A DNA stretch of 62,716 bases, counting the filler. It is 8 parts of 8 records of this genome, joined end to end, with 100 filler letters (N's around TTAATTAATTAA, not from the genome) between each part and the next. Parts side by side here need not be neighbours in the genome. Positions count along the whole stretch, not along the records: positions 10,884 to 31,528 come from SRR20825010_2977; positions 31,629 to 36,991 come from SRR20825010_2980; 6 more parts are not named here. One strand, given 5' to 3'. A program made the translations under genes and the position numbers. Of this stretch, positions 28,124 to 37,091 are shown piece after piece (position 1 is the first letter of the stretch; every line of letters starts with the position of its first letter). The notes below the pieces were generated by a model that was given only the letters and a program-made list of their open reading frames with translations, made no database searches and had not been told where the DNA came from.

Positions 28124-29239
28124 TCAGATCTTTGCCATCCCCCGAAGCGCGCTGTGCTGCAACCCCGAGAAGACCGCGCTGCCATCCTTCATATGCGTAT
28201 TGACCTTGGCATTGTAGCAAATGTGCTCGAAGCCATGCTTGTCGATGATCTTGATCTTCTGATTACGGAACCGCTCTTCGTCTTTCGGGCCGGTTAAGTA
28301 AAACTGGCTCTCCTTGACCTCATCGCCGAAAACTTTCAGCTTCTTGAAGCCGCTGAGCACCTTGTTTGCCGCCAGGACGTAGCGTTGCGCGGTCCAGGCC
28401 TCCGGACCTTCCAGGGTGTTTGAGCAATCCCCGACCAAAATCTGGTCCGCCCGCGCCTTGCCGATCAAGCGGGCCGCGTTAATGGTCACGTCCCCGACGA
28501 TATATTCATGCCGGGCAACATATTTCGGGCTCGGCTCGTAGAACACGTAGTGGCTGCCGCCACTCAGGGCCATACGGAGATCAGGCAAAGGCATCTTGTC
28601 CGCCATCTCGCGCTGCAGGCTCTTGTAGTAAAGCGAGAACAGCGCCATCAGGACAAACAGGCTGACATCTTCGTCCAGGCCGGTCTCCAGATTCCAGACG
28701 TAATACCCGTCACCGGTTGTCGAGCGCCCCATAGCCATCGGCAATCCCGCGCGCTGCAGCGTAGCCTCGGCGAGAGACAGGCTGAATTTCAGCGTGGAGA
28801 GGTGGCTGGCCTGCTCTTCGGGGGTGTGCTTCGAGAATCCGACCGCGTCGATCAGGAAAACCGTGCGAAATGGCGCGAAACCGATCGAGTATCTCGACAT
28901 CACGGATTCGACATCCTCGTGGGACAACCCGTTCGGCCCGCCGCCAATGGGAAATTCCAGCCTGATCTCGGTCGGCTGGCCTCCGATGAAATCCGCAACC
29001 TGTTTGAATGCGCCATCACTCAGATGACGAGGGCCTTCAAATACCCGGTTGATCGGGTTCTTGAGCCCGAACAAACGGGTTTTAGGCAACAGAATGAGCT
29101 CAAGCCCCTTACCCGACGGGCGCCAGCCAACAACGGCATTCGAGCCGAACTGGGACAGCTCGAACAACAACCGGTTCAGAGACAGGCGCAGATCGTCGCG
29201 CCGCCCCGAAGCGTGATGTCTTTGAATGCCGTCCTGCAT
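28124..29239 (-). CDS. Atypical class III nucleotide cyclase-like protein
   Basis: FLIDAVGFSK (D131), STTGDG (D177), LRMALSGG, IVGDVTINAARL (R257), QILV, DKHG in the correct order. Confidence 0.72.
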   Translation of the reverse strand: MQDGIQRHHASGRRDDLRLSLNRLLFELSQFGSNAVVGWRPSGKGLELILLPKTRLFGLKNPINRVFEGPRHLSDGAFKQVADFIGGQPTEIRLEFPIGGGPNGLSHEDVESVMSRYSIGFAPFRTVFLIDAVGFSKHTPEEQASHLSTLKFSLSLAEATLQRAGLPMAMGRSTTGDGYYVWNLETGLDEDVSLFVLMALFSLYYKSLQREMADKMPLPDLRMALSGGSHYVFYEPSPKYVARHEYIVGDVTINAARLIGKARADQILVGDCSNTLEGPEAWTAQRYVLAANKVLSGFKKLKVFGDEVKESQFYLTGPKDEERFRNQKIKIIDKHGFEHICYNAKVNTHMKDGSAVFSGLQHSALRGMAKI

Positions 29240-29410
29240 GGAGATTCACCTTGTGTAAAGGAATTGCCCATACACTAGGATATCGCATGGCGGCCGGAAA
29301 CTCCCATGCGCTCAAACAGCCTACGCATGAGGTTCATCATGTGAAGGCCAACATCGAAATAAGAAGACCTTCTGAGTACAACTCAGAAACGACCGGGGTA
29401 TTGAAGCGTC

Positions 29411-30652
29411 ATGACCGTGGCATTTGATAACACTGAACTCAAACCAGTCCCTGAAGAGGTTATGGCGGCGATCAAGTCCCACCATACCTATCTCTCCGGG
29501 CGCCCTGGTGGATTGCGTCTGAAAAACGACGATCTCGACGTCTCGCATTGCCGCTTCGACTATATCTCCCTCTCTCAAGCCGTTCTGCCCTGCGCCGAAT
29601 TTTCCGAAAGCTCCTGCGTGCGCAGCGACTTCAGTGAGGCCGATCTATACGGATCGAACTTTGCCTGGGCCAACCTGCAAGGCACAATCTTCAATAAATC
29701 GGATATCCGTGGCGCCAATTTCGTCATGGCGGACCTGACCGGCGCCTCAATGGTGAATGCGGATCTCCGGCCCGGTCAGATCGTACGCTGGTCCCGCAAC
29801 AACAGCGGCGGTCCTGTCAGCACGAACCTCGACAGCGCCACTCTGAATGACGCCGATCTGAGAGGCTCGGACCTGCAGGACGCAAACCTGAAGAACACCC
29901 GGGCAATCGGCACCATGTTTGCCGATGACAACATGCATGCAACAAATATGGCCGGAGCGATACTGAACGGTGCCGATCTTTCCGGCTCCAAGCTGCGTGG
30001 CGCCGTGCTTGCCGGGGCGTCCGTAAACGGAACCAATCTGACCAACTGTGATCTCTCCGGTGCAAACCTCCGCAACGTCGATCTGTCGAAGGCGACCCTC
30101 CACAACACCAACCTGGACGGCGCCATCACACTGGAAAACGGCGCCGACCTGCCTGACGACATCGCGGAAATCATCCGGCAGCACAGCCAGTGGATTATCT
30201 CGGACGGCGAAGTAGGCGAACGGGCCAATTTTGGCGGAATGGATCTGAAGGATCTCGTATTGACCGGCTGCGATCTGCGTGGCGCCCTCTTTGCCGATGC
30301 CCAGCTCGAAGGCACGCAGTTCAATCAGTGCGAATTGATGCTGGTGAATTTTTCCGGGGCCAATCTGAGCCGGGCCAGCTTCGTTGGCGCCACATTGCGC
30401 GGGACGATCTTCGCAAATGCCTGCCTGATTGAAGCCAAGTTCCACGGCGCCCGGCTTGAGATCGCGGAAATTTTCAACACCCAACAACAACGCACCGGCA
30501 AATCGATCCCCGTGATGTTCAATGGTGCGGTATTGCAGGGCACGGATTTCTCCCGGGCCAAGATCAGTGGCGCGAACTTTACCGATTCTGTACAGTTCGG
30601 GACGATTTGGAATCATGCGAAAGTCGAGAACTGCACCGGCATTCTCGATTAG
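29411..30652 (+). CDS. Pentapeptide repeat protein with two capped repeat modules
   Basis: Many A(D/N)Lxx repeats; caps SHHTYLSGRPGG and QHSQWIISDGEVGERA. Confidence 0.93.
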   Translation: MTVAFDNTELKPVPEEVMAAIKSHHTYLSGRPGGLRLKNDDLDVSHCRFDYISLSQAVLPCAEFSESSCVRSDFSEADLYGSNFAWANLQGTIFNKSDIRGANFVMADLTGASMVNADLRPGQIVRWSRNNSGGPVSTNLDSATLNDADLRGSDLQDANLKNTRAIGTMFADDNMHATNMAGAILNGADLSGSKLRGAVLAGASVNGTNLTNCDLSGANLRNVDLSKATLHNTNLDGAITLENGADLPDDIAEIIRQHSQWIISDGEVGERANFGGMDLKDLVLTGCDLRGALFADAQLEGTQFNQCELMLVNFSGANLSRASFVGATLRGTIFANACLIEAKFHGARLEIAEIFNTQQQRTGKSIPVMFNGAVLQGTDFSRAKISGANFTDSVQFGTIWNHAKVENCTGILD

Positions 30653-30662
30653 ATCTGAGCAG

Positions 30663-31040
30663 ATGGTAGCAAACACGAACAAGCCCATGACCAGCGTGCC
30701 CGGCAACCGGCGTGAATTTTCACGCAGGGATTCGTCATTGCTGGCCGAAATGTCCCTGTCACCGGAATTCTCCGAATCATGGCCGGCGAAAGTCGCTGAC
30801 ATCTCATTGGTCGGCATGCGCCTTACCGGAGAGCTTCCGCCGATTGCCGACGGCCCGGTTTATGTGCGCCTTGCAGGGACTCGCATCACCATCAATGGAC
30901 ACTTCATTTCCCAGGGTGAAGGCGGTATCCGGATCAAGATGGATCTGGACGATCTGCAACTGGCGGAACTGGTCGCACATTCAGATGTATATGCATCACT
31001 GGTTCTCGAAACGATTTCAGACGACCTCCCTCCCCGCTAA
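30663..31040 (+). CDS. PilZ domain protein
   Basis: RREFSR (RxxxR) and DISLVG (DxSxxG) c-di-GMP motifs; start at 30663 or a few codons later. Confidence 0.8.
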   Translation: MVANTNKPMTSVPGNRREFSRRDSSLLAEMSLSPEFSESWPAKVADISLVGMRLTGELPPIADGPVYVRLAGTRITINGHFISQGEGGIRIKMDLDDLQLAELVAHSDVYASLVLETISDDLPPR

Positions 31041-31130
31041 TCGCGGCACAGCGACCGGCGAAAACACCTCAAACAACTGATTTATATCATTTTTAAAGAA
31101 GACCAATTTAGTCACTTATTTGCTGTTGCA

Positions 31131-31149
31131 ATTGAGAATGACTTTCAAT
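31131..31149 (+). promoter_or_regulatory. Fur-box-like 19-bp operator
   Basis: ATTGAGAATGACTTTCAAT imperfect palindrome 68 bp upstream of an imelysin gene. Confidence 0.65.
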
Positions 31150-31217
31150 AAGGTCCCTTCATCGACGTCGGAACCAGCGAGACGGAGATCTCGCGGACGG
31201 TCTTTGGAGAACGAGAT

Positions 31218-31528
31218 ATGCGAACGAAATCACTAACGAAAATGACGATTGCGGCCTTTGCAATCGCAGGCGGTCTTTCCGCCGCGCCCGTTCAGGCAGA
31301 CGACATGAGCGCGAAGAAAGACATCATCAAAACCTATTCGGACATCGCGGCAGCCGCCTATGGGGACTCCCTGGCAGGCGCCAAGAAACTCCAGAGCGCG
31401 ATCGCGGCACTGGTTGCCAAGCCGACGGACGCCACGCTTGATGCGGCCCGCAGCGCCTGGATTGAGGCTCGTGAGCCTTATCAGCAGACAGAGGCCTACC
31501 GCTTCGGCAATGCCATCGTCGACGACTG
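31218..31528 (+). CDS. Imelysin / IrpA-family iron-regulated protein, N-terminal part (truncated)
   Basis: Signal peptide; Y.DIA.A.Y.DSL, AR.AW..AR.PY.QTEAYRFGN.IVDD. Confidence 0.9.
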
Positions 31529-31628
31529 NNNNNNNNNNNNNNNNNNNNNNNNNNNNNNNNNNNNNNNNNNNNTTAATTAATTAANNNNNNNNNNNNNNNN
31601 NNNNNNNNNNNNNNNNNNNNNNNNNNNN
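31529..31628. other. Artificial contig linker 2
   Basis: N-run + TTAATTAATTAA + N-run. Confidence 0.99.
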
Positions 31629-31633
31629 ACATC

Positions 31634-32812
31634 ATGATCGACCAATATGCCGCGCTGACCGGCGACTGGAACTACCCGACCAAAATCCGTTTCGGCGAAG
31701 GCCGCATTTCCGAACTCGGCGATGCCTGCCGTGCCGCCGGTATGCGCCGTCCGCTACTCGTCACCGATCCCGGCCTCAAGCCGCTGCCCATGATCATGGA
31801 TGCGATCGGCATGCTGGAACATGCGGGCATTGCCTGCTCGCTCTTTGCAGACGTTCACCCGAACCCTGTGGGCGCGGATGTGGAAGCAGGTCTGAAAGTC
31901 TTTCGCGCCGGAAAACACGATGGCGTCATCGTCTTTGGCGGTGGCAGCGCCATGGATGCGGGCAAGGCCATCGCCTTCATGTCCGGCCAGACAAGACCGA
32001 TCTGGGATTACGAGGACCGCGAGGACTGGTGGAGCCGCGCCGATCCGAACGGCATTGCCCCGGTCATCGCCGTGCCGACAACGGCTGGCACCGGATCGGA
32101 AGTCGGACGCGCCGCTGTCATTGTCGATGAACGCGACCACACTAAAAAGATCATCTTCCATCCGAAAATGCTGCCCGTTGAAGTGATCGCCGATCCTGCC
32201 CTGACCTACGGATTGCCGGCCCATGTGACAGCCGCCACAGGCATGGATGCGCTGTCGCACAGCCTTGAGGCCTTTTGCAGCCCGTTTTTCCATCCGCTGG
32301 CGCAAGGCATCGCCCTTGAAGGCATGCGGCTGTGCAAGGAGTGGCTGCCTATGGCTGTGAAGTCCGGCAACAGCACGGAAGCTCGCAGCTTCATGATGAC
32401 GGCTTCCACAATGGGCGCTACGGCTTTTCAAAAAGGTCTTGGCGCAATGCACGCGATGAGCCATCCGTGCTCGTCACTGCGCGGCACGCATCATGGTCTC
32501 ACCAATGCTGTCGTGATGCCCTATGTGCTGCTTCACAACAGGCCCGCCATCGAGGAACGCCTTGCCGCCGCGGCGCGTTATCTGAACCTCAAAGACCAGA
32601 CCTATGGAGGCTTTGTCGACTGGATACTGGCCTTGCGCCAAGATGTCGGTATTCCCAACACACTGAAGGAAATCGGCGTTGATCTGGACATGATCCCAGA
32701 GGGCGCACCCATGGCGCTGGAGGATCCGTCCACTGGTGGCAACCCGCTGGCGATGACGCTGGGTGATTATGAAACGCTCTATCAGAACGCCATAGAAGGC
32801 CGACTGCTTTAG
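31634..32812 (+). CDS. Iron-containing alcohol dehydrogenase
   Basis: GGGSAMD, PTTAGTGSE, DALSH..E, HAMSH, HHG motifs. Confidence 0.95.
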   Translation: MIDQYAALTGDWNYPTKIRFGEGRISELGDACRAAGMRRPLLVTDPGLKPLPMIMDAIGMLEHAGIACSLFADVHPNPVGADVEAGLKVFRAGKHDGVIVFGGGSAMDAGKAIAFMSGQTRPIWDYEDREDWWSRADPNGIAPVIAVPTTAGTGSEVGRAAVIVDERDHTKKIIFHPKMLPVEVIADPALTYGLPAHVTAATGMDALSHSLEAFCSPFFHPLAQGIALEGMRLCKEWLPMAVKSGNSTEARSFMMTASTMGATAFQKGLGAMHAMSHPCSSLRGTHHGLTNAVVMPYVLLHNRPAIEERLAAAARYLNLKDQTYGGFVDWILALRQDVGIPNTLKEIGVDLDMIPEGAPMALEDPSTGGNPLAMTLGDYETLYQNAIEGRLL

Positions 32813-32884
32813 CCCTTGGCCCAAGTTGAGAGACCGGTGCTGATCGTCTATGGTCGCGCCGGTTTTTCAACTGCAGGACCGAGC

Positions 32885-33751
32885 ATGGCCATCGACACGA
32901 CAAGCTACAAGATACCTGTTGCCCGAACTGTGGCAGACCTTCGGGCGCAGATTGCAGACTGGCGCAAGGCAGGTCTGACAGTGGGTCTTGTGCCCACAAT
33001 GGGCGCATTGCATGACGGGCATATCTCGCTGGTTGATCTGGTGAAAACCAGAGCCGACCGCGCCATCGTGTCGATCTTTGTCAACCCGACGCAATTTGCA
33101 CCGCATGAAGACCTGGACGCCTATCCCCGCACGGAAGCCGCCGACGCGGCCAAGCTGACGGGACGCGGCGATCTCATTTTCGCACCCACTGTTTCGGAAA
33201 TGTACCCGCAGGGTTTTTCCACCGCGATCAATCTCACCGGTGTGACAGGCCCGCTTGAAGGCGAGGCGCGGCCCACGCATTTTTCAGGCGTTGCAACCGT
33301 GGTGGCAAAACTGCTCCTGCAAGCCCTGCCCGACATTGCGGCCTTTGGCGAGAAGGACTGGCAGCAATTGCAGGTGATCCGGCGCATGGTCGCCGACCTC
33401 GACATTCCGGTCGAAATTCTGGGCGGTGCCATTCTGCGCGAAGCCGATGGTCTGGCCATGTCGTCGCGCAATGTCTATCTGACGCCTGACGAGCGCAAAG
33501 CGGCAGGCCAGTTGAATGTCATCTTGCGTGACACGGCATCGAAAGTTGCAAACGGCGCAGCGATTTCTGACGCAACAACGGAAGGTGCCAAACGCATTCT
33601 CGCGCTGGGATTTGATCGGGTGGATTATCTGGAAATCCGCGATGCGGCTTCATTGCAGCCTTTTGCAGCCAACAAGCCGGAAGGTGCGGCCCGCATATTG
33701 GTGGCGGCAAAAATCGGCAAGACGCGGCTCATCGACAATATGGCGGTCTGA
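32885..33751 (+). CDS. panC: Pantoate--beta-alanine ligase
   Basis: PTMGALHDGH, SIFVNPTQF, FGEKDWQQ, DGLAMSSRN, RLIDN. Confidence 0.98.
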   Translation: MAIDTTSYKIPVARTVADLRAQIADWRKAGLTVGLVPTMGALHDGHISLVDLVKTRADRAIVSIFVNPTQFAPHEDLDAYPRTEAADAAKLTGRGDLIFAPTVSEMYPQGFSTAINLTGVTGPLEGEARPTHFSGVATVVAKLLLQALPDIAAFGEKDWQQLQVIRRMVADLDIPVEILGGAILREADGLAMSSRNVYLTPDERKAAGQLNVILRDTASKVANGAAISDATTEGAKRILALGFDRVDYLEIRDAASLQPFAANKPEGAARILVAAKIGKTRLIDNMAV

Positions 33752-33777
33752 GAAAAATCGTTCAGCCCAAATTGGCT

Positions 33778-34518
33778 TCAACCAAGATTGGCTTCGATGG
33801 TGCCCATGACCTTGTTCTGGATTTTGAGTTTTACAGGCCGGTCGAGCTTCACAAGCGGATAGCTGATCTTCCAATTATGCGCACGGATTTCAGCCCCCCC
33901 CTGTTCCTTGATCGGAAACGGGAAGTAGCGCGCCAGATCTTCAATATTGGCATAGGCCGCAGCCGCGCGAACATCGCCACCGCTGGCGGCCTTCTTGCGC
34001 ACGATCAATGACAGATCGAACTGATGAATGAATGAGGCTTCGCTGCAATCGAAACCGGCAAGGACCAGATTGTAGATCAGCAAACCGGCGTTCCAGTTGG
34101 TCACATGCCCGCTGATAAAACGGTCACGCGGATGCACGGGAAGCGAAATGGCCAGAAAGCCGTCATCTTCCAGCGTGTCATAAAGCTTTTCCAGAAACTG
34201 GCCGACATTGCGCTGATGTTCGAGAACATGCGAGCACCAGATCACATCGAATTTCCGGTCGAAATCATAGGTCATGAAATCGCCGACATAATCAGCCTCT
34301 TCATGCAGATCGAGGCTGAAAACCTCTTTGTCAAAGAGACGGAAAAAGCGGCTGTGCTCGCCCGGACCCGAGCCGACATCGAGAACCGTCTTGAAATCTT
34401 GATGATGCGAGGTGATCAACTGGAGAATGCCATGCAGGCCCCAGTTGATTTCAAACTCGTGCAGCTCGCGCGCATGGCCGGTGTCGGCCTGCATTTCTGT
34501 CTTTGCTGCTGCGGTCAT
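33778..34518 (-). CDS. Class I SAM-dependent methyltransferase
   Basis: VLDVGSGPG, FDVIWCSHVLEH motifs. Confidence 0.9.
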   Translation of the reverse strand: MTAAAKTEMQADTGHARELHEFEINWGLHGILQLITSHHQDFKTVLDVGSGPGEHSRFFRLFDKEVFSLDLHEEADYVGDFMTYDFDRKFDVIWCSHVLEHQRNVGQFLEKLYDTLEDDGFLAISLPVHPRDRFISGHVTNWNAGLLIYNLVLAGFDCSEASFIHQFDLSLIVRKKAASGGDVRAAAAYANIEDLARYFPFPIKEQGGAEIRAHNWKISYPLVKLDRPVKLKIQNKVMGTIEANLG

Positions 34519-34621
34519 ATCTCGCCCCTGTCAGATTCTAAAATCAGACAGGAGTATTGAACGAGCGACCTAAGATATGGTTAACAAAGTCTTTGCGTAG
34601 CGGTTACAAAAGCCCGGAAGG

Positions 34622-35161
34622 TCACACCGGATCGTTTGTGGGCCCAACCGGATAAAGATATTTATGAACATGTGCGCAGACATTGCCCAGATCACATTTC
34701 GGGCCGGTCACATATGGCGTCAGATCCTCCTTCAGTTTAACCGCATCGAAAACCCTAGGCGGTGCCACGGTAAAAGGCTTTTTGATGAACCGGATATCGG
34801 CTGTAAGCGACGGTTTAGGCGATGTGTCCATATACATCGGGACATAGATCATCGTCGCCGGAATAACCTTCGCCGAAAATTCGTCATCATAACCTTTCAG
34901 CGAGGACAAATTGATCGGGGACAGGATTTCGAATCCATCAAAGCCTTTTTCTATCGCCAGTTCCGAACAACGGTACAACCAATAGGTCTGAACCGTCTCT
35001 GGATTGCTGTAACCATTACCGCCGAAGGTAATTCTCCAGATGTCGTCCTGAAGGTTTTTCTCGGTAAAGCCGCCAGTGAAACCCGATTTTCCGTATGACG
35101 TTGCGCAGCCAGCCAATGCCATCATCACAAAAACGCCAACAACAAAATTTCTGAAACGCAT
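34622..35161 (-). CDS. Lipoprotein, CC0125/CC1285-like
   Basis: Lipobox LAGC, GF.E....D.WRITF.GN, YRCSELA..KGFDGF. Confidence 0.75.
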   Translation of the reverse strand: MRFRNFVVGVFVMMALAGCATSYGKSGFTGGFTEKNLQDDIWRITFGGNGYSNPETVQTYWLYRCSELAIEKGFDGFEILSPINLSSLKGYDDEFSAKVIPATMIYVPMYMDTSPKPSLTADIRFIKKPFTVAPPRVFDAVKLKEDLTPYVTGPKCDLGNVCAHVHKYLYPVGPTNDPV

Positions 35162-35263
35162 AGTGCCCCCAACAAGAAATATAGATCTTATTAGGGCCGA
35201 AAGAATTCAAAAAATAAATAGAAATCTGCGTACAGATCAAAAAAACTGTTCAAAAATGAACGA

Positions 35264-35698
35264 TTATATCAGTCCAAGCGCTTCGAGTTCGGCGCGCATT
35301 TCGTCGGGCATCTCGTCATCCGCTTCGCCTGTCTTGGCGTCTTTGGGCGCATCCTTGCCTTCGAAATAGCGCCAGCCCTGAAAAGGCCGCCGCTCCCTGC
35401 GCTGGGTCAGAATGATTTCGGGGTCCAGCACCAGCTTGCAGCGTTTAATGCCTTCCAGATCGACAAAGGGCTCGATATCCAGCAAACGCTGGCGACAGCG
35501 GATGAAGCCCTTCATCACCCAATAGAGCGAGCCACCATCAAGCACCTCGTCGCGACGTGTGGGCGTCATACGTGTGACATGGACAAGACGGGGTTTTTCC
35601 TTGCGCTTGCGCATCTCGGCCAGACGCGCATTCTGCCAGTGGCGCAGATCGTCCACGTCTTCGGCGCCGACACACAGCTTGATGATATTCAGGCTCAC
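35264..35698 (-). CDS. DUF1489 family protein
   Basis: IKLCVG, TRMTP.R, GGSLYWV.KG, RPFQGWRY; GTG start overlaps the upstream stop. Confidence 0.9.
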   Translation of the reverse strand: MSLNIIKLCVGAEDVDDLRHWQNARLAEMRKRKEKPRLVHVTRMTPTRRDEVLDGGSLYWVMKGFIRCRQRLLDIEPFVDLEGIKRCKLVLDPEIILTQRRERRPFQGWRYFEGKDAPKDAKTGEADDEMPDEMRAELEALGLI

Positions 35699-36990
35699 CC
35701 GTCCGCCTTTTCCTCGAACACAACCAATGCGGCACCGGCTTCCACCTGATCGCCAGCCACCACATTGACGCAAGCTATGACACCATCGGCAGCGGCGGCA
35801 AGTGTCTGTTCCATTTTCATGGCTTCCAGCACGATGAGCGGTGCGCCTTTCAACACATTTGCGCCTGCCTGCGCCAGAACCTGAACGATCTTGCCCGGCA
35901 TGGGCGCTTTGAGTGCGCCTGTCTCGGCGTCTGACGCCACATCGACATCCAGTGGATCGACAAGGCCGAAAGCATAGTTCACACCCTGCGAGACAATCGT
36001 GAAGCCGCCCTCTGTGGCAACCGATCCTGAAAGCATGCGACGCCCGTTCACAATCGCTGTGATGCCGCCTTCATCGCCCAATTGTCCCGACACATGACAG
36101 GTCCGGCCCTCGAACTCATAAGCAAAACCATCACCTTGCGGTGTCACGGGGACAGCGACACGTTCGCCGCCGAATGTGAAATTCAAAGTCTCCGACCGGT
36201 ATCCGCCCAGAACCCAATTGTCGCTTTGCGACCAGGGGTCCATATCCACTGTCTGCGAACAGCGCAGGATATGGGCAAGGACGGCAACGCCCAGAATTTC
36301 GCTGTGAAGCACAGGGGCAGAGACCAGCGCATCCAGATGCTTGTCGATAAAGCCTGTATCAATATCCGCCTTCTCGAAGGCTTCATGGCCCAGAACGGCG
36401 GCAAGAAAGGCCAGATTGGTCTTTGGACCTACGACTTCCATATCGAGAAGGAAACGACGCAAGCGCGCCAGAGCCATTTGGCGCGTGGGGGCATGTGCGA
36501 TGATCTTGCCGATCATCGGATCATAGAACATGGAGACGTCATCGCCCTCCTCGACCCCCATATCCGTGCGGATGTCGTCATCCTCCGCCGCGCGCAAGCG
36601 GACAAGCTTGCCAGTGGAAGGAAAAAAACTCTTGGCCGGGTCTTCGGCATAAAGACGCACTTCGACCGCATGGCCGACAAGCGGAATATCACCCTGCTCC
36701 ATCGGCAATGGTTCGCCCGCGGCAACAAGCAATTGCCATTCGACAAGATCGGTGCCGGTGATAGCCTCTGTCACGGGATGCTCGACCTGCAAACGCGTGT
36801 TCATTTCCATGAACCAGAAGGCATCGGCGCGCAGCCCACGCGAGGCATCAGCAATAAATTCGATCGTGCCTGCACCGCGATAGCCGATGGCCTTGGCGGC
36901 TGCCACCGCAGCCTCGCCCATGGCACGGCGCATATCATCTGGCATATCGGGGGCCGGTGCCTCCTCGATCACTTTCTGATGGCGGCGCTG
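35695..36990 (-). CDS. Acetyl/propionyl/methylcrotonyl-CoA carboxylase alpha subunit (5' truncated)
   Basis: HQKVIEEAPAP, EMNTRLQVEHPVTE, YDPMIGK, biotin site EAMKME. Confidence 0.95.
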   Translation of the reverse strand, partial: QRRHQKVIEEAPAPDMPDDMRRAMGEAAVAAAKAIGYRGAGTIEFIADASRGLRADAFWFMEMNTRLQVEHPVTEAITGTDLVEWQLLVAAGEPLPMEQGDIPLVGHAVEVRLYAEDPAKSFFPSTGKLVRLRAAEDDDIRTDMGVEEGDDVSMFYDPMIGKIIAHAPTRQMALARLRRFLLDMEVVGPKTNLAFLAAVLGHEAFEKADIDTGFIDKHLDALVSAPVLHSEILGVAVLAHILRCSQTVDMDPWSQSDNWVLGGYRSETLNFTFGGERVAVPVTPQGDGFAYEFEGRTCHVSGQLGDEGGITAIVNGRRMLSGSVATEGGFTIVSQGVNYAFGLVDPLDVDVASDAETGALKAPMPGKIVQVLAQAGANVLKGAPLIVLEAMKMEQTLAAAADGVIACVNVVAGDQVEAGAALVVFEEKADG

Positions 36991-36991
36991 C

Positions 36992-37091
36992 NNNNNNNNN
37001 NNNNNNNNNNNNNNNNNNNNNNNNNNNNNNNNNNNTTAATTAATTAANNNNNNNNNNNNNNNNNNNNNNNNNNNNNNNNNNNNNNNNNNNN
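36992..37091. other. Artificial contig linker 3
   Basis: N-run + TTAATTAATTAA + N-run. Confidence 0.99.

Noticed and set aside
28124-29239. Calling the cyclase a Pycsar or CBASS defence system
   Set aside because: No adjacent TIR or transmembrane effector and no defence-island context; kept only as an atypical cyclase
26900-30652. Calling the pentapeptide proteins Qnr resistance factors
   Set aside because: They are about twice Qnr length with a different capped two-module layout and no mobile context
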